A stretch of 64,000 bases of DNA from Candidatus Limnocylindria bacterium (lineage in GTDB: Bacteria > Methylomirabilota > Methylomirabilia > Rokubacteriales > CSP1-6): the NCBI GenBank assembly GCA_035524955.1, contig DATLFG010000064.1:2309-66308 (forward strand), written 5' to 3'. A program made the position numbers and the translations under genes. The notes beneath the pieces are model-generated. The model was not told the DNA's origin and did not search any database. It saw only the letters and a program-made list of their open reading frames with translations. This document shows, piece by piece, positions 28,968 to 38,200 of the stretch. Position 1 is the stretch's first letter, and the number at the start of each line of letters is the position of its first letter.

Positions 28968-30710
28968 ATGGCGCGCGCGGCGTCGGGGGGGCCGTCCGCG
29001 ATCCCGGACCGGACCGTCCGTCACCGGCTGGCCGGCGAGGACCTGATCCGCTACGCGCTGGTCGCCCTGTTCGGGATCGTCCTCTACCTCTTCGTGCTCT
29101 ACCCGCTGCTGCACGTGATCTGGCGGAGCCTGCTGGACCCGGCCGGCGGGTTCGTGGGGCCGGCCAACTACCGGCGCTACTTCGGCACGCCCGCCATCGC
29201 CGCGTCCATCGGGAACAGCCTCTTCGTCTCCCTCGTGTCCATGGTCATCACGGTGGCGCTCGCCTTCGCCTACGCCTACGGGCTCACGCGCACCCTGATG
29301 CCGGGTCGCGGGCTGTTCCGGATCGTGGCGATGCTGCCGCTCTTCGCGCCCTCCCTGGTGCAGGCGCTGGCCTTCATCTACGTGTTCGGCAACAACGGCA
29401 TCTTCACCCGCACCACCGGCTACAACGTGGGGATCTACGGGGCCAAGGGCATCGTGGCGGCCGAGGTGTTCTACTGCTTCCCGCACGCGCTCCTGATCCT
29501 GGTGGCCGCCCTCTCCGCGACCGACGCGCGCCTCTACGACGCGGCGCGGACCCTCGGAGCCTCGCCGGTCAAGACCTTCCTCACCGTGACCCTGCCCGGC
29601 GTGAAGTTCGGGCTGGTGAGCGCCTGCTTCGTGGTCTTCACCCTCGTCATCACCGACTTCGGCGCGCCCAAGGCCATCGGCGGCAAGTTCTCGGTGATGG
29701 CCACCGAGATCTACAACCAGGTCTCCGGCCAGCAGAACTTCACCATGGGCGCCACCGTCTCGGTGGTCCTGCTGATCCCGGCGGTGCTCGCCTTCCTGGT
29801 GGACCGCGTGGTCCAGCGCCGCCGGTACGCGCTGGTGACGTCGTCCTCGCGCCCGCTCACCCCGGCCCGCCGCCCGCTCGCCGACTGGGCCGGCTTCGGC
29901 TACTGCGCGCTCATCGCGACGGCCATCGCGGGGATGTACGTGGCCATCGTGGTGTACTCGCTGGTGGTGCGCTGGCCGTACAACTTCACCCCGACCCTGC
30001 GGCACTACCGCTTCGACACGGTGGGCGGCGCCGCACCGCTCTGGAACAGCGTCTACGTGGCCGCCCTGACCGCGGTGGTGGGCACCGTGCTCACCTTCGT
30101 GGGGGCCTACGTGGTCGAGAAGTGCCGCACCGGGTGGAGCGGGGCGCTCTACCTGCTGTCGGTGCTGCCGGTGTCCATCCCGGGCATGGTGCTGGGCCTG
30201 GCCTACATCTTCACGTTCAACAAGGCGGACAGCCCGCTCAACGTGCTCTACGGCACCCTGGCGATCCTGGTGATCTCGAACGTCGTCCACTACTTCACGG
30301 TGGGCTTCCTCACCGCCACCACCGCGCTCCGGCAGATGGACGCCGAGTTCGAGAACGTCTCGGCCTCCCTGGGGGTGCCCTTCTACCGGACCTTCTGGCG
30401 GGTGACGGTGCCGATGGCCCTGCCGTCCATCGTGGGCATCAGCATGTACTTCTTCCTCAACGCGATGGTGACGCTCTCCGCGGTGGTCTTCCTGGTGGCC
30501 CCCGGCACCGAGCTGGCCGCGGTGGCGGTGCTGCTGATGGACGACGCGGGCGATGCCGCGCAGGCCGCCGCCATGTCGGTGTGCATCATCGCCATCGGCC
30601 TGACGGTGCGCCTGGCCTACTGGGCCCTGATGCGGGGGGTGAGCCGCCGCACGCAGGCCTGGCGCGAGCCCCGCGAACGCACTACGCTAGCCCCCGAGCC
30701 CCGCCCATGA
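28968..30710 (+). CDS. ABC transporter permease, fused double (FbpB / PhnU type)
   Basis: 580 aa. Two tandem six-TM binding-protein-dependent permease halves. Confidence 0.85.
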   Translation: MARAASGGPSAIPDRTVRHRLAGEDLIRYALVALFGIVLYLFVLYPLLHVIWRSLLDPAGGFVGPANYRRYFGTPAIAASIGNSLFVSLVSMVITVALAFAYAYGLTRTLMPGRGLFRIVAMLPLFAPSLVQALAFIYVFGNNGIFTRTTGYNVGIYGAKGIVAAEVFYCFPHALLILVAALSATDARLYDAARTLGASPVKTFLTVTLPGVKFGLVSACFVVFTLVITDFGAPKAIGGKFSVMATEIYNQVSGQQNFTMGATVSVVLLIPAVLAFLVDRVVQRRRYALVTSSSRPLTPARRPLADWAGFGYCALIATAIAGMYVAIVVYSLVVRWPYNFTPTLRHYRFDTVGGAAPLWNSVYVAALTAVVGTVLTFVGAYVVEKCRTGWSGALYLLSVLPVSIPGMVLGLAYIFTFNKADSPLNVLYGTLAILVISNVVHYFTVGFLTATTALRQMDAEFENVSASLGVPFYRTFWRVTVPMALPSIVGISMYFFLNAMVTLSAVVFLVAPGTELAAVAVLLMDDAGDAAQAAAMSVCIIAIGLTVRLAYWALMRGVSRRTQAWREPRERTTLAPEPRP

Positions 30711-31024
30711 CCACGATCCTGGTGGACATCACCCGCTACCGCGGGCGCTTCTTCGAGGTGCTGCAGGAGACCGAGCGCACCCAGACCGCGGTCATGACGA
30801 TCGCGCCCGGCCGGGACGGCGGGCCCGCGGAGACGCACGCGGGCGACCAGGTCGTGTTCGTCGTCGAGGGCGAGGCGATCGTCACCGTCGAGGGGGCCGC
30901 GCACGAGGCCCGCGCGGGGGCGTGCGTGCTGATCCCGGCGGGCGCGCTCCACCACGTGCGGAACCCGGGCCCGCAGCCGCTCTTCTTCCTGACGGTCTAC
31001 GCGCCGCCGGCCTACTCGCGATGA
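30707..31024 (+). CDS. Cupin domain protein
   Basis: 105 aa. ETHAGDQVVFVVEGEA...IPAGALHHVRN cupin motifs. ATGA overlap with the permease. Confidence 0.75.
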   Translation: MTTILVDITRYRGRFFEVLQETERTQTAVMTIAPGRDGGPAETHAGDQVVFVVEGEAIVTVEGAAHEARAGACVLIPAGALHHVRNPGPQPLFFLTVYAPPAYSR

Positions 31025-31758
31025 CGGTCGCCGGCAAGACCGCGCTCGTCACCGGAGCCGCGCGCGGCATCGGGCTCGCCATCGCCACCCGGCTGGCCGC
31101 CGACGGCGCGCGGGTGGCCCTGCTCGACCAGGATGCGGAGGCGGTGGAGACCGCGGCGCGCGGCGTCGGCCGCGGCGCGCTCGCGCTGGCCGGGGACGTC
31201 ACGCGCGCCAAGGACGTGGACGGCGCGGTGGCCCGCGTGGAGGCGGCCTGGGGTCGGCTCGACGTGCTGGTCAACAACGCGGGGATCACGGGCCGCTCGT
31301 TTCCGATCTGGGAGCTCTCCGACGAGGACTGGCAACGCGTCATCGACGTGGACCTCACGAGCGTGTTCCTCTGCTGCCGAGCCGCGGTGAAGGCGATGCT
31401 GCGGCAGGGCGGGGGCCGCATCGTCAACATCGCGTCGATCGCGGGGAAGGAGGGCAATCCCACACTCGTGCCCTACTCCGCCGCCAAGGCCGGCGTGATC
31501 GGGCTGACCAAGGCGCTCGCGAAGGAGGTCGCCACCCGCGGGATCTTCGTGAACGCGGTGGCGCCCGCGGTGATCGGCACCGAGCTGCTCAAGCAGATGG
31601 AGCCGAGCACGGTGGACCAGCTGGTCTCCAAGATCCCGATGGGGCGGGTAGGGACGCCGGAGGAGGTGGCCGCGCTGGTGGCCTGGCTCGCATCCGACGA
31701 GTGCTCCTTCAGCACCGGGGCCGTCTACGATCTCTCGGGGGGTCGCGCGACCTACTAG
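31021..31758 (+). CDS. SDR family oxidoreductase
   Basis: TGAARGIG, NNAG, YSAAK motifs. ATGA overlap with the cupin gene. Confidence 0.85.
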   Translation: MTVAGKTALVTGAARGIGLAIATRLAADGARVALLDQDAEAVETAARGVGRGALALAGDVTRAKDVDGAVARVEAAWGRLDVLVNNAGITGRSFPIWELSDEDWQRVIDVDLTSVFLCCRAAVKAMLRQGGGRIVNIASIAGKEGNPTLVPYSAAKAGVIGLTKALAKEVATRGIFVNAVAPAVIGTELLKQMEPSTVDQLVSKIPMGRVGTPEEVAALVAWLASDECSFSTGAVYDLSGGRATY

Positions 31759-31781
31759 TCGCGCCCGACCAGGAGGGGAGC

Positions 31782-32059
31782 ATGAGCCGAGCCGCGTCCT
31801 GGCTGGTCGTCCTGATGCTGAGCGCGTCGGCGCCCGCGCACGCCCAGACGCGGGCGCGGTGATGCAGGCGGGCGTGCTGGCCAGCCACGGGTTCCTCCAC
31901 GACGCGCGCCGCGTGGTGGTGGCCGCGCTCACCGCCGACGCGGACCAGCCGAGCCTGCACGCGCTGCTGGGCGACCTCTACGCCCGCACCGGTCTTCCGC
32001 GCGAAGCCGACGAGGCCTACGAGCAGGCCCGCGCCCTCGCGTCCCCCTCCGACCGCTAG
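31782..32059 (+). pseudogene. Possible frameshifted small secreted TPR-like protein
   Basis: A signal-peptide ORF (MSRAASWLVVLMLSASAPAHAQ..., stop at 31860-31862) runs into ORF 31859..32059, which has a TPR-like sequence, in another frame. Confidence 0.3.
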
Positions 32060-32116
32060 CTTCGCTCGCCGCGGCCGATCATCGCACCACGTCCTGTCTC
32101 GAGCGGGGTGCGCGGT

Positions 32117-32250
32117 GGGGGCGGCAGGCCCTCCCCGGGACACGCTGACCCGCAGCCCGGTTGCGCCGTCGCGATCGGGCCACGAGATGGGACGTTGGAG
32201 TCTTCGGCAACGCGCAGAAGACACGGTCCCGGGGAGGGCCTGCCGCCCCC
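32117..32250. repeat. Perfect 25-bp inverted repeats flanking an 84-nt core
   Basis: GGGGGCGGCAGGCCCTCCCCGGGAC at 32117-32141. Its exact reverse complement lies at 32226-32250. Located between convergent genes. Confidence 0.85.
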
Positions 32251-32308
32251 CGGCTCCACCCGTTGAGTTACCGTAACCCTCGGGCGACGCGTTGGCCGCG
32301 GCGCGACG

Positions 32309-32866
32309 CTAGGGGCGGAGGCCGCGGCGGAGGGCGGCGGCGAGGAGGGCGACCTTGGAGACGGACTCGGTGATGCGGTCGTCGAGCGCCATCGTGACCG
32401 CCTCGCGGAACGGGACCACGCGACGCTCGAAGAACTCGTCGTCGTCGGAGGCGAGGGGGTCGGCCACCAGATTCTCGCCGATGAAGCAGTAGGCGGTCTC
32501 GTCGAGATAGGCGGCGGAGGGGACGAAGCGGGTGAGGTGGGTCAGGCGCCCCGCGCGGTAGCCGCCCTCCTCCTGCAGCTCGCGCTGCGCGGCCGCCTCC
32601 GGCGTCTCGCCGGGCCGGCCTCCGCCCCCGGGCAACTCCCAGGAATCGCCGCGGAGGAGGTGCCGGAACTGGCGGATGAGCAGCACGTGGTCGGCGTCCA
32701 CGAACGGCACCACGCCCACCGTGGGTCCGACGTGCAGGATCGGGTAGGTCTTCTCCACGCCGGTGGGCAGCCGCCAGACGTCCTCGCGCAGGGTGAGCTT
32801 GCCGAGGCGCTCGCGCGTGGTCGAGCGGAGGAAGCGCCAGTCGCGGGGGGTCTCGTCGGGGGCCAG
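32309..32866 (-). CDS. Nudix hydrolase (ADP-ribose pyrophosphatase-like)
   Basis: Nudix box GGGGRPGETPEAAAQRELQEEGG. The conserved N-terminal strand region GKLTLREDVWRLPTG lies upstream of the only GTG (32758). A CTG at 32866 has GGAG 6 nt upstream. The conservative call is 32309..32758. Confidence 0.7.
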   Translation of the reverse strand: MAPDETPRDWRFLRSTTRERLGKLTLREDVWRLPTGVEKTYPILHVGPTVGVVPFVDADHVLLIRQFRHLLRGDSWELPGGGGRPGETPEAAAQRELQEEGGYRAGRLTHLTRFVPSAAYLDETAYCFIGENLVADPLASDDDEFFERRVVPFREAVTMALDDRITESVSKVALLAAALRRGLRP

Positions 32867-32904
32867 GGGAAGCTCCGTCGCGCCAGTGTGCTATCGTTGA
32901 GCCC

Positions 32905-33141
32905 ATGACGCAAGAGCGCCCCGCCGATCGGCTGATGGAGAAGCTGCTCCGCACCATCGAGGTCTCGCTCAAGGCCACCGAGGCCTCGCGCGAGGCGGTG
33001 CAGGAGATCCTCCGGCGCGGGGCGGAGACCGGGATCTTCTTCTCCGGCGCCCGCGCGGCCCAGTCCGCCGAGGGCTTCGACCTCACCGAGCAGGACCGCG
33101 ACTTCCTCCGCTCGCTCTCGATCCGACCCGATCCTCGTTGA
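32905..33141 (+). CDS. Hypothetical protein (78 aa)
   Basis: Very high third-position GC in frame. No recognisable motif. Its stop overlaps the next ORF. Confidence 0.5.
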   Translation: MTQERPADRLMEKLLRTIEVSLKATEASREAVQEILRRGAETGIFFSGARAAQSAEGFDLTEQDRDFLRSLSIRPDPR

Positions 33142-33149
33142 GGGGCGCG

Positions 33150-33398
33150 ATGCGCGCGCTGCTGCTCCTGGCCCTGATCGCGGTGGTGGTGCTCCTCATC
33201 ACCCGGCTGCCCGCGGCGTGGCGGGCGCGGCCGTCCTCGCCGGCCCCGCGGGTCCGCGACGAGCTGGTCAAGGATCCGGTGTGCCAGACCTACGTCCTGA
33301 TGTCGCGGGCCATCCGGTCCGAGGCGGACGGGACGCCGCTCTTCTTCTGCAGCCGCGAGTGCGCGGCGCGCTTCCAGCGAGGAGAGCGGCGGGCGTGA
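33150..33398 (+). CDS. Membrane-anchored TRASH/YHS-type metal-binding domain protein
   Basis: N-terminal TM MRALLLLALIAVVVLLI. DPVCQTYV...FFCSRECAARF matches the TRASH/YHS Cys pattern. Confidence 0.6.
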   Translation: MRALLLLALIAVVVLLITRLPAAWRARPSSPAPRVRDELVKDPVCQTYVLMSRAIRSEADGTPLFFCSRECAARFQRGERRA

Positions 33399-34213
33399 CG
33401 CCCGCGACGTACGACCTGCTGGTCTGCGATCTCGACGGCACCCTGCTCGACGACTCGATGGGGCTCGATCCCGCGCTGGTGAAGGCTTTCCACCGGGCGT
33501 CCGAGCGCGGGCTCACGATCTCGCTGGCCACCGGGCGGATGCCCGCGGCGACCGACCCGTATCGCGACGAGCTCGGCGTCACCGCCCCGGTCATCTACTA
33601 CAACGGCGCCGTCGTGCGCGGCGCCAACGGCGGTCCGGATCTCGTCTCGCTCACGCTGCCCCGCGGCGTGCTCCACCGGGCCTGGACGGTCTTCTCGCAG
33701 GCCCCGGTGCATCCGATCTTCTACCGTGACGACCGGCTCTTCTGCATCGCGAACACGCTGGCGGTGCGGCGCTACTGCGCCGAGGAGGGCCTGCGGGTGG
33801 ACGAAGTGGACGATCCCGGTCAGTTCCTGGCCCTGGGCGGCTTCATCAAGAGCCTGCTGATCGGCCACCCCAACGACCTCGGCATCGTGCGCGACGAGCT
33901 GACGCCGGTCGTGGCCGAGCACGGCCGCCTCGTGCGCACCCGCGGGGACTACCTCGAGCTGCTCCCGGTCGGGGCCTCCAAGGGCACAGCCCTGGCCCGC
34001 CTGAGCGCGCACGTGGGGGTGCCGCTCGATCGGGTGGTCGCGGTGGGCGACCAGGAGAACGACGTCGAGATGCTGCGCGCGGCCGGCCTCGGCGTGGCCA
34101 TGCCGCACGCCCCCGAGCTCGTGCGCCGCGCCGCCGACCGCATCGCGCCCGCGGCCCCCGAGGGCGGGCTGCTGCGGCTCTTCCGCGAGCTGTTTCCCGG
34201 CCGCTTCGACTGA
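33395..34213 (+). CDS. HAD-IIB (Cof-type) phosphatase
   Basis: GTGA overlap. LLVCDLDGTLL motif I, SLATGR motif II, and GDQENDVEML motif IV. Confidence 0.85.
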   Translation: MTPATYDLLVCDLDGTLLDDSMGLDPALVKAFHRASERGLTISLATGRMPAATDPYRDELGVTAPVIYYNGAVVRGANGGPDLVSLTLPRGVLHRAWTVFSQAPVHPIFYRDDRLFCIANTLAVRRYCAEEGLRVDEVDDPGQFLALGGFIKSLLIGHPNDLGIVRDELTPVVAEHGRLVRTRGDYLELLPVGASKGTALARLSAHVGVPLDRVVAVGDQENDVEMLRAAGLGVAMPHAPELVRRAADRIAPAAPEGGLLRLFRELFPGRFD

Positions 34214-34215
34214 TC

Positions 34216-35040
34216 GTGCCCCTGCACCCCGATCCCTGGCGGGCCATCGACCGTCAGCCGCGGCCCGAGCGTTACGTGGGGATGATGGAGGCGCGCGGGC
34301 GCACGCCGACCCAGGCGCGCATGCGCCGGCGCTTCCTGCGCTTCTGCCGCATCGCTCCCGGCTGGGGCGTGGTCGAGGTCGGCGCGGGCAGCGGGGTGGT
34401 CGCGCGCGACGTGGCGGCCCTGGTCGGCCCGAGCGGCCACGTGACCGGCGTCGACCGCAGCCGGGTGCTGCTGGCGGCGGCGCGGCGCCGGGCGCGCGAG
34501 GAGCGGCTCGACCGCCGCCTGGACTTCCGCCTGGGCGACGCGGCGGCGCTGCCGTTCCGCGGGGGCCGCTTCGACTGCGCCCTGGCCGTGACCGTGCTGC
34601 TGCACGTGGCGCGCCCGGAAGCGATGCTGCGCGAGCTGGTGCGGGTGACCCGCCCCGGAGGCGTGGTGGCGCTCCAGGACCAGGACTTCGGCACGCAGGT
34701 GCTCGATCATCCCGACCGCGAGCTGACCCGGCTGATCTTCGAGGGCGTGACCGCTCGGTTGTATCCCGAGCCGTTCTCCGGCCGGACCCTGGTGCGTCGC
34801 CTGGTCGAGCTGGGACTCGAGCGCGTGCGGCTGCTCGCCGACGTCTACCAGGTCCGCCGGCTCGATCCTTTCACGCACAGCCTGCTCGAGCGGCGGGCGG
34901 CCGCGGCGGTCGACTTCGGGCTGGTCGGGGCGCGTCGCGCGGCGCGCTGGCTCGCCGAGGTCGAGCGGGCGGACGCGGCGGGGCACTTCGTCTTCACCTT
35001 GAACTACTACGGCGCCGCCGGTACCAGGCCGCGGGGCTAG
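34216..35040 (+). CDS. Class I SAM-dependent methyltransferase
   Basis: VVEVGAGSGVVARD SAM-binding motif I. 274 aa. Confidence 0.8.
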   Translation: MPLHPDPWRAIDRQPRPERYVGMMEARGRTPTQARMRRRFLRFCRIAPGWGVVEVGAGSGVVARDVAALVGPSGHVTGVDRSRVLLAAARRRAREERLDRRLDFRLGDAAALPFRGGRFDCALAVTVLLHVARPEAMLRELVRVTRPGGVVALQDQDFGTQVLDHPDRELTRLIFEGVTARLYPEPFSGRTLVRRLVELGLERVRLLADVYQVRRLDPFTHSLLERRAAAAVDFGLVGARRAARWLAEVERADAAGHFVFTLNYYGAAGTRPRG

Positions 35041-35045
35041 GTCAT

Positions 35046-35128
35046 CGAAGGGGGCCCCTTCTGAAGTCTAAGAGGGGGCCCCCTCCGAGCCTCCCCCAAG
35101 GACGGATTGCGGCGGCGAAGCCGGCGCT
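35046..35128. repeat. Double-hairpin intergenic element, family 2, copy 3 (diverged)
   Basis: GAAGGGGGCCCCTTC, GAGGGGGCCCCCTC-CGAGCCTCCCCC ... GCGGCGGC-GAA-GCCGGCGC, directly after the methyltransferase stop. Confidence 0.65.
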
Positions 35129-35219
35129 CGAACGGAGGTGCTCGGACGCTTTCTTACCGGCCGAAGCCTCCCCCTGGAACCGCGGTAGGCCGCGCCCGGC
35201 CGCGTATACTGGAGCGGGC

Positions 35220-38200
35220 ATGAGCAGGGAGAGCGCGGGCGGGCTCGAGTCGCGGCTGCGCGAGACGGCGGCGCTGCTCGCGGTGGCGCGCGTGGCGAGC
35301 GCCACCACCGACTTCGGCGAGGCCCTGCGCCTCATCTGCCGCGAGCTGGCCCGGCTCACCGGGGCCGAGACCGTCTCGGCGTACGTGCGGCAGGCGGTGG
35401 GCGCGGAGCTCCGGCCGGTCGCGGCCTATCACGTGCCCAAGGACGGGTTCGAGATCCTCGTCACCGCGCGCCTCAGCGCCGACGAGCAGCGGGGCTTCGA
35501 CGCGGTCTTCCAGAGCGGGCAGGTGATCTGGAGCGACGATCTCCCGAACGACCCGCGCTTCGCGATCCCCCTCTTCCGCCGCTTCCCGCACCAGTCGGGC
35601 CTCGTGATCCCGCTCTCCATCGACGGGCAGGTGGCGGGCGCCTTCTACCTGGTGTGGTGGACCGCGCGCCGCCGCTTCGAGGACGCGGAGCTGGCCACGC
35701 TCCAGGCCATCGGTGAGCAGGCGGGGGTGCTGCTCCGCAACGCGCGATTGCACGAGGCGCTCAACTTGCGGGCCGCGCGCCTGCACACGCTGGCCCGGCT
35801 CAACCAGCTCGTGTCCTCCTCGCTCGAGCCCGACGAGGTGCTGGGCGGCATCGCCAGCGCGGCGGTCGAGCTCATGCAGGTGCCAGCGGTGGCGGTCTGG
35901 GTGGTGGACGCGGCGGTGAAGCGCATCGAGGTCCGCGCGGCGGCCGGCGGCCTGACGCAGTTCCCGCGGCGCCCGGTGGACGTCGGCCAGGGCGACGTGG
36001 GCTGGGTGGCCGCGGAGCGCCGCCAGCTCGAGGTGGCGGACATCGCGGCCGACCCGCGGGCCACCGATCCGGAGTGGTGGCGGCGGAGCGGCCTCAAGAG
36101 CTTCCTCGGTGTCCCGATCATCTTCCGGGACCTGCTGCTGGGCGTGCTCGTGCTGAGCGGGCACGGACCCTTGCACTTCGGCCCCGACGACCGGGAGCTG
36201 CTCGAGATCTTCGTCAGCCAGTCGGCCGCCGCCATCGCCAAGGCGCGCCTCTTCCAGGACATCCAGGACCGGCGTCAGCTCACCGAAGACCTCTACGCGC
36301 TGACCCAGGCCATGGACCGGTCCATGGACCTGCAGGAGCGCGTGGAGATCTTCGCGACCGGCGCCAACCGTGCGCTCAGCTTCGACCGTCTCAACGTCTG
36401 GCTGGGCGAAGACGACGGCCTCCACCTGCGCCTGGTCTCGGGCAGCGACGCGGGGCCCGACGTCCCGCGGCTCATCCCGCTCCGGGACAGCGGCGGCCTC
36501 CAGGTGGTGTGGGACTCGGGCATCACGCTCATGGTGGGCAGCGACGAGCAGCTCGCCCAGGTGCCGCCCTTGGCCCGCGAGCTCCACTCCCACCCGGTGC
36601 TGCGCACCCGGCGCTTCGCGCTGGTGCCGCTGCTCGTCCAGGGGCGGCCGATCGGGGTGGTCAGCGTCGACAACAAGACGAGCCGCCGGCCGGTCACGCG
36701 GCGGGGGATCGCCCACCTCGAGCTCTTCTGCCAGCAGCTCGCCACCTCGGTCAACAACGCGCGCCTCTACGGGGAGACCCGCCAGCGCGAGCGCGACGCG
36801 ACCATCCTGCTCGACGTCACGCGCAAGCTCTCGGCCACCCTGAAGCTGGACGAGGTGATCGACCTCATCTCGGACGGGGTCATCGAGGCCCTCGGCTGCG
36901 CGGCCGCCGGCTTCTACCGGTGGGACGCCGCGCGCGCCGGCCTCGTGCCCGTGCGGAGCCGCAACCACGCGATGGACTTCGCCCGCCCGCTCCTGCTCCG
37001 GCCGGGCGAGGGGGTGACCGGGCGCGCCTACGCGGAGCGCCGGCCGGTGTGGTGCGCCGATCGGCTCGCGGATGCGAGCCTCGTGTACTCGGGGCCCAAC
37101 GCGGCGGCGATGGCCCGGCCCGACGCTCCGCGCGCGTTCGCGGCCGCGCCGATCCTGATCCGCGACGAGGTCTTCGGGGTGCTGGGCGGGTCCTACTTCC
37201 AGCCGCACGTCTTCACCGAGCGCGAGATCAGCCTGCTCTCGAGCCTGGCCGCGCAGGGGGCGGTGGCGATCGAGAACGCGCGCCTGTACTCGGTGACCCA
37301 GCAGAACCTCGCGGGGGCGGCGCTGCTCAACGCGGCGGCCCGCACCCTGCACCGCACCCTCGACGTCAAGCGCCTGCTGCCGGACGCGGCCGGCACGCTG
37401 GCCCAGACCTTCGGGGCGCGCCGCGCGGGCATCGTGCTGTTCGAGGAGCGGGGCGGCGGGCCGAGCGGGGTCATCTCGTGGGGCGACTGGAGTCACGAGT
37501 CGGTGCGCGCGCTCGCGGAGCCGCTGCGGCGCCGGGAGGCCCCGCTGCTGATCCCGGATTCCGGGGCCCGGAGCGACCTGGTCACCGCGGGGGTCCTCGG
37601 ACCGGAGGAGGCGCTGGCCGCGTTCCCGGTACGCGGCCGCAGCCGGGTGCTGGGCGGCCTGCTCCTGCTCTTCCCGACGCCCCGTGCGCTCACCGAGGCC
37701 GAGACGCGGCTGGTCGCGGCCTACGCCGACCAGCTCGCGATGGCGCTCGACAACGCCACCCTGTTCGAGGAGGCGGAGAACCAGAAGACCCGCCTCGAGC
37801 AGGTCTTCGCCTCGACGTCCGACGGGTTCCTGGGGCTGGATCTCGAGCGCCGAGTGGTGGCGCTCAACCGGCAGGGCGGCGCCCTGCTCGGGATCGACCC
37901 GCACGAGGTGACCGGGCGGCCGCTCGCCCAGCTGGTCGAGACGCTGGCGGGCTCGGTGGAGTGGGAGGCGCCGGGCGGGCGGGCGCTGGCGACCGCGGTG
38001 GAGCAGGCGGGCGAGCCGGCGGACGGCGACCTCGAGGTGCGGCTCCCCGACCGGCGGACGCTCCGCTGGCTGACCACCCCGACGCGCGACCTGCTCGGTG
38101 CGGTGGTCGGGACCACCATCACCCTGCGCGACGTGACGCGGGAGCGCGAGATCGACCGCATGAAGACCGAGTTCGTCTCGACGGTCTCGCACGAGCTGCG

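Noticed and set aside
27813-30290. 825-aa minus-strand ORF across the ABC ATPase and permease genes
   Set aside because: Antisense shadow. The plus-strand genes carry Walker and signature motifs and TM segments.
35205-35210. TATACT 9 nt upstream of the histidine kinase ATG, considered as a -10 element
   Set aside because: There is no acceptable -35 or TG extension, and the intervening GGAG looks like an ordinary SD. It cannot be distinguished from chance.
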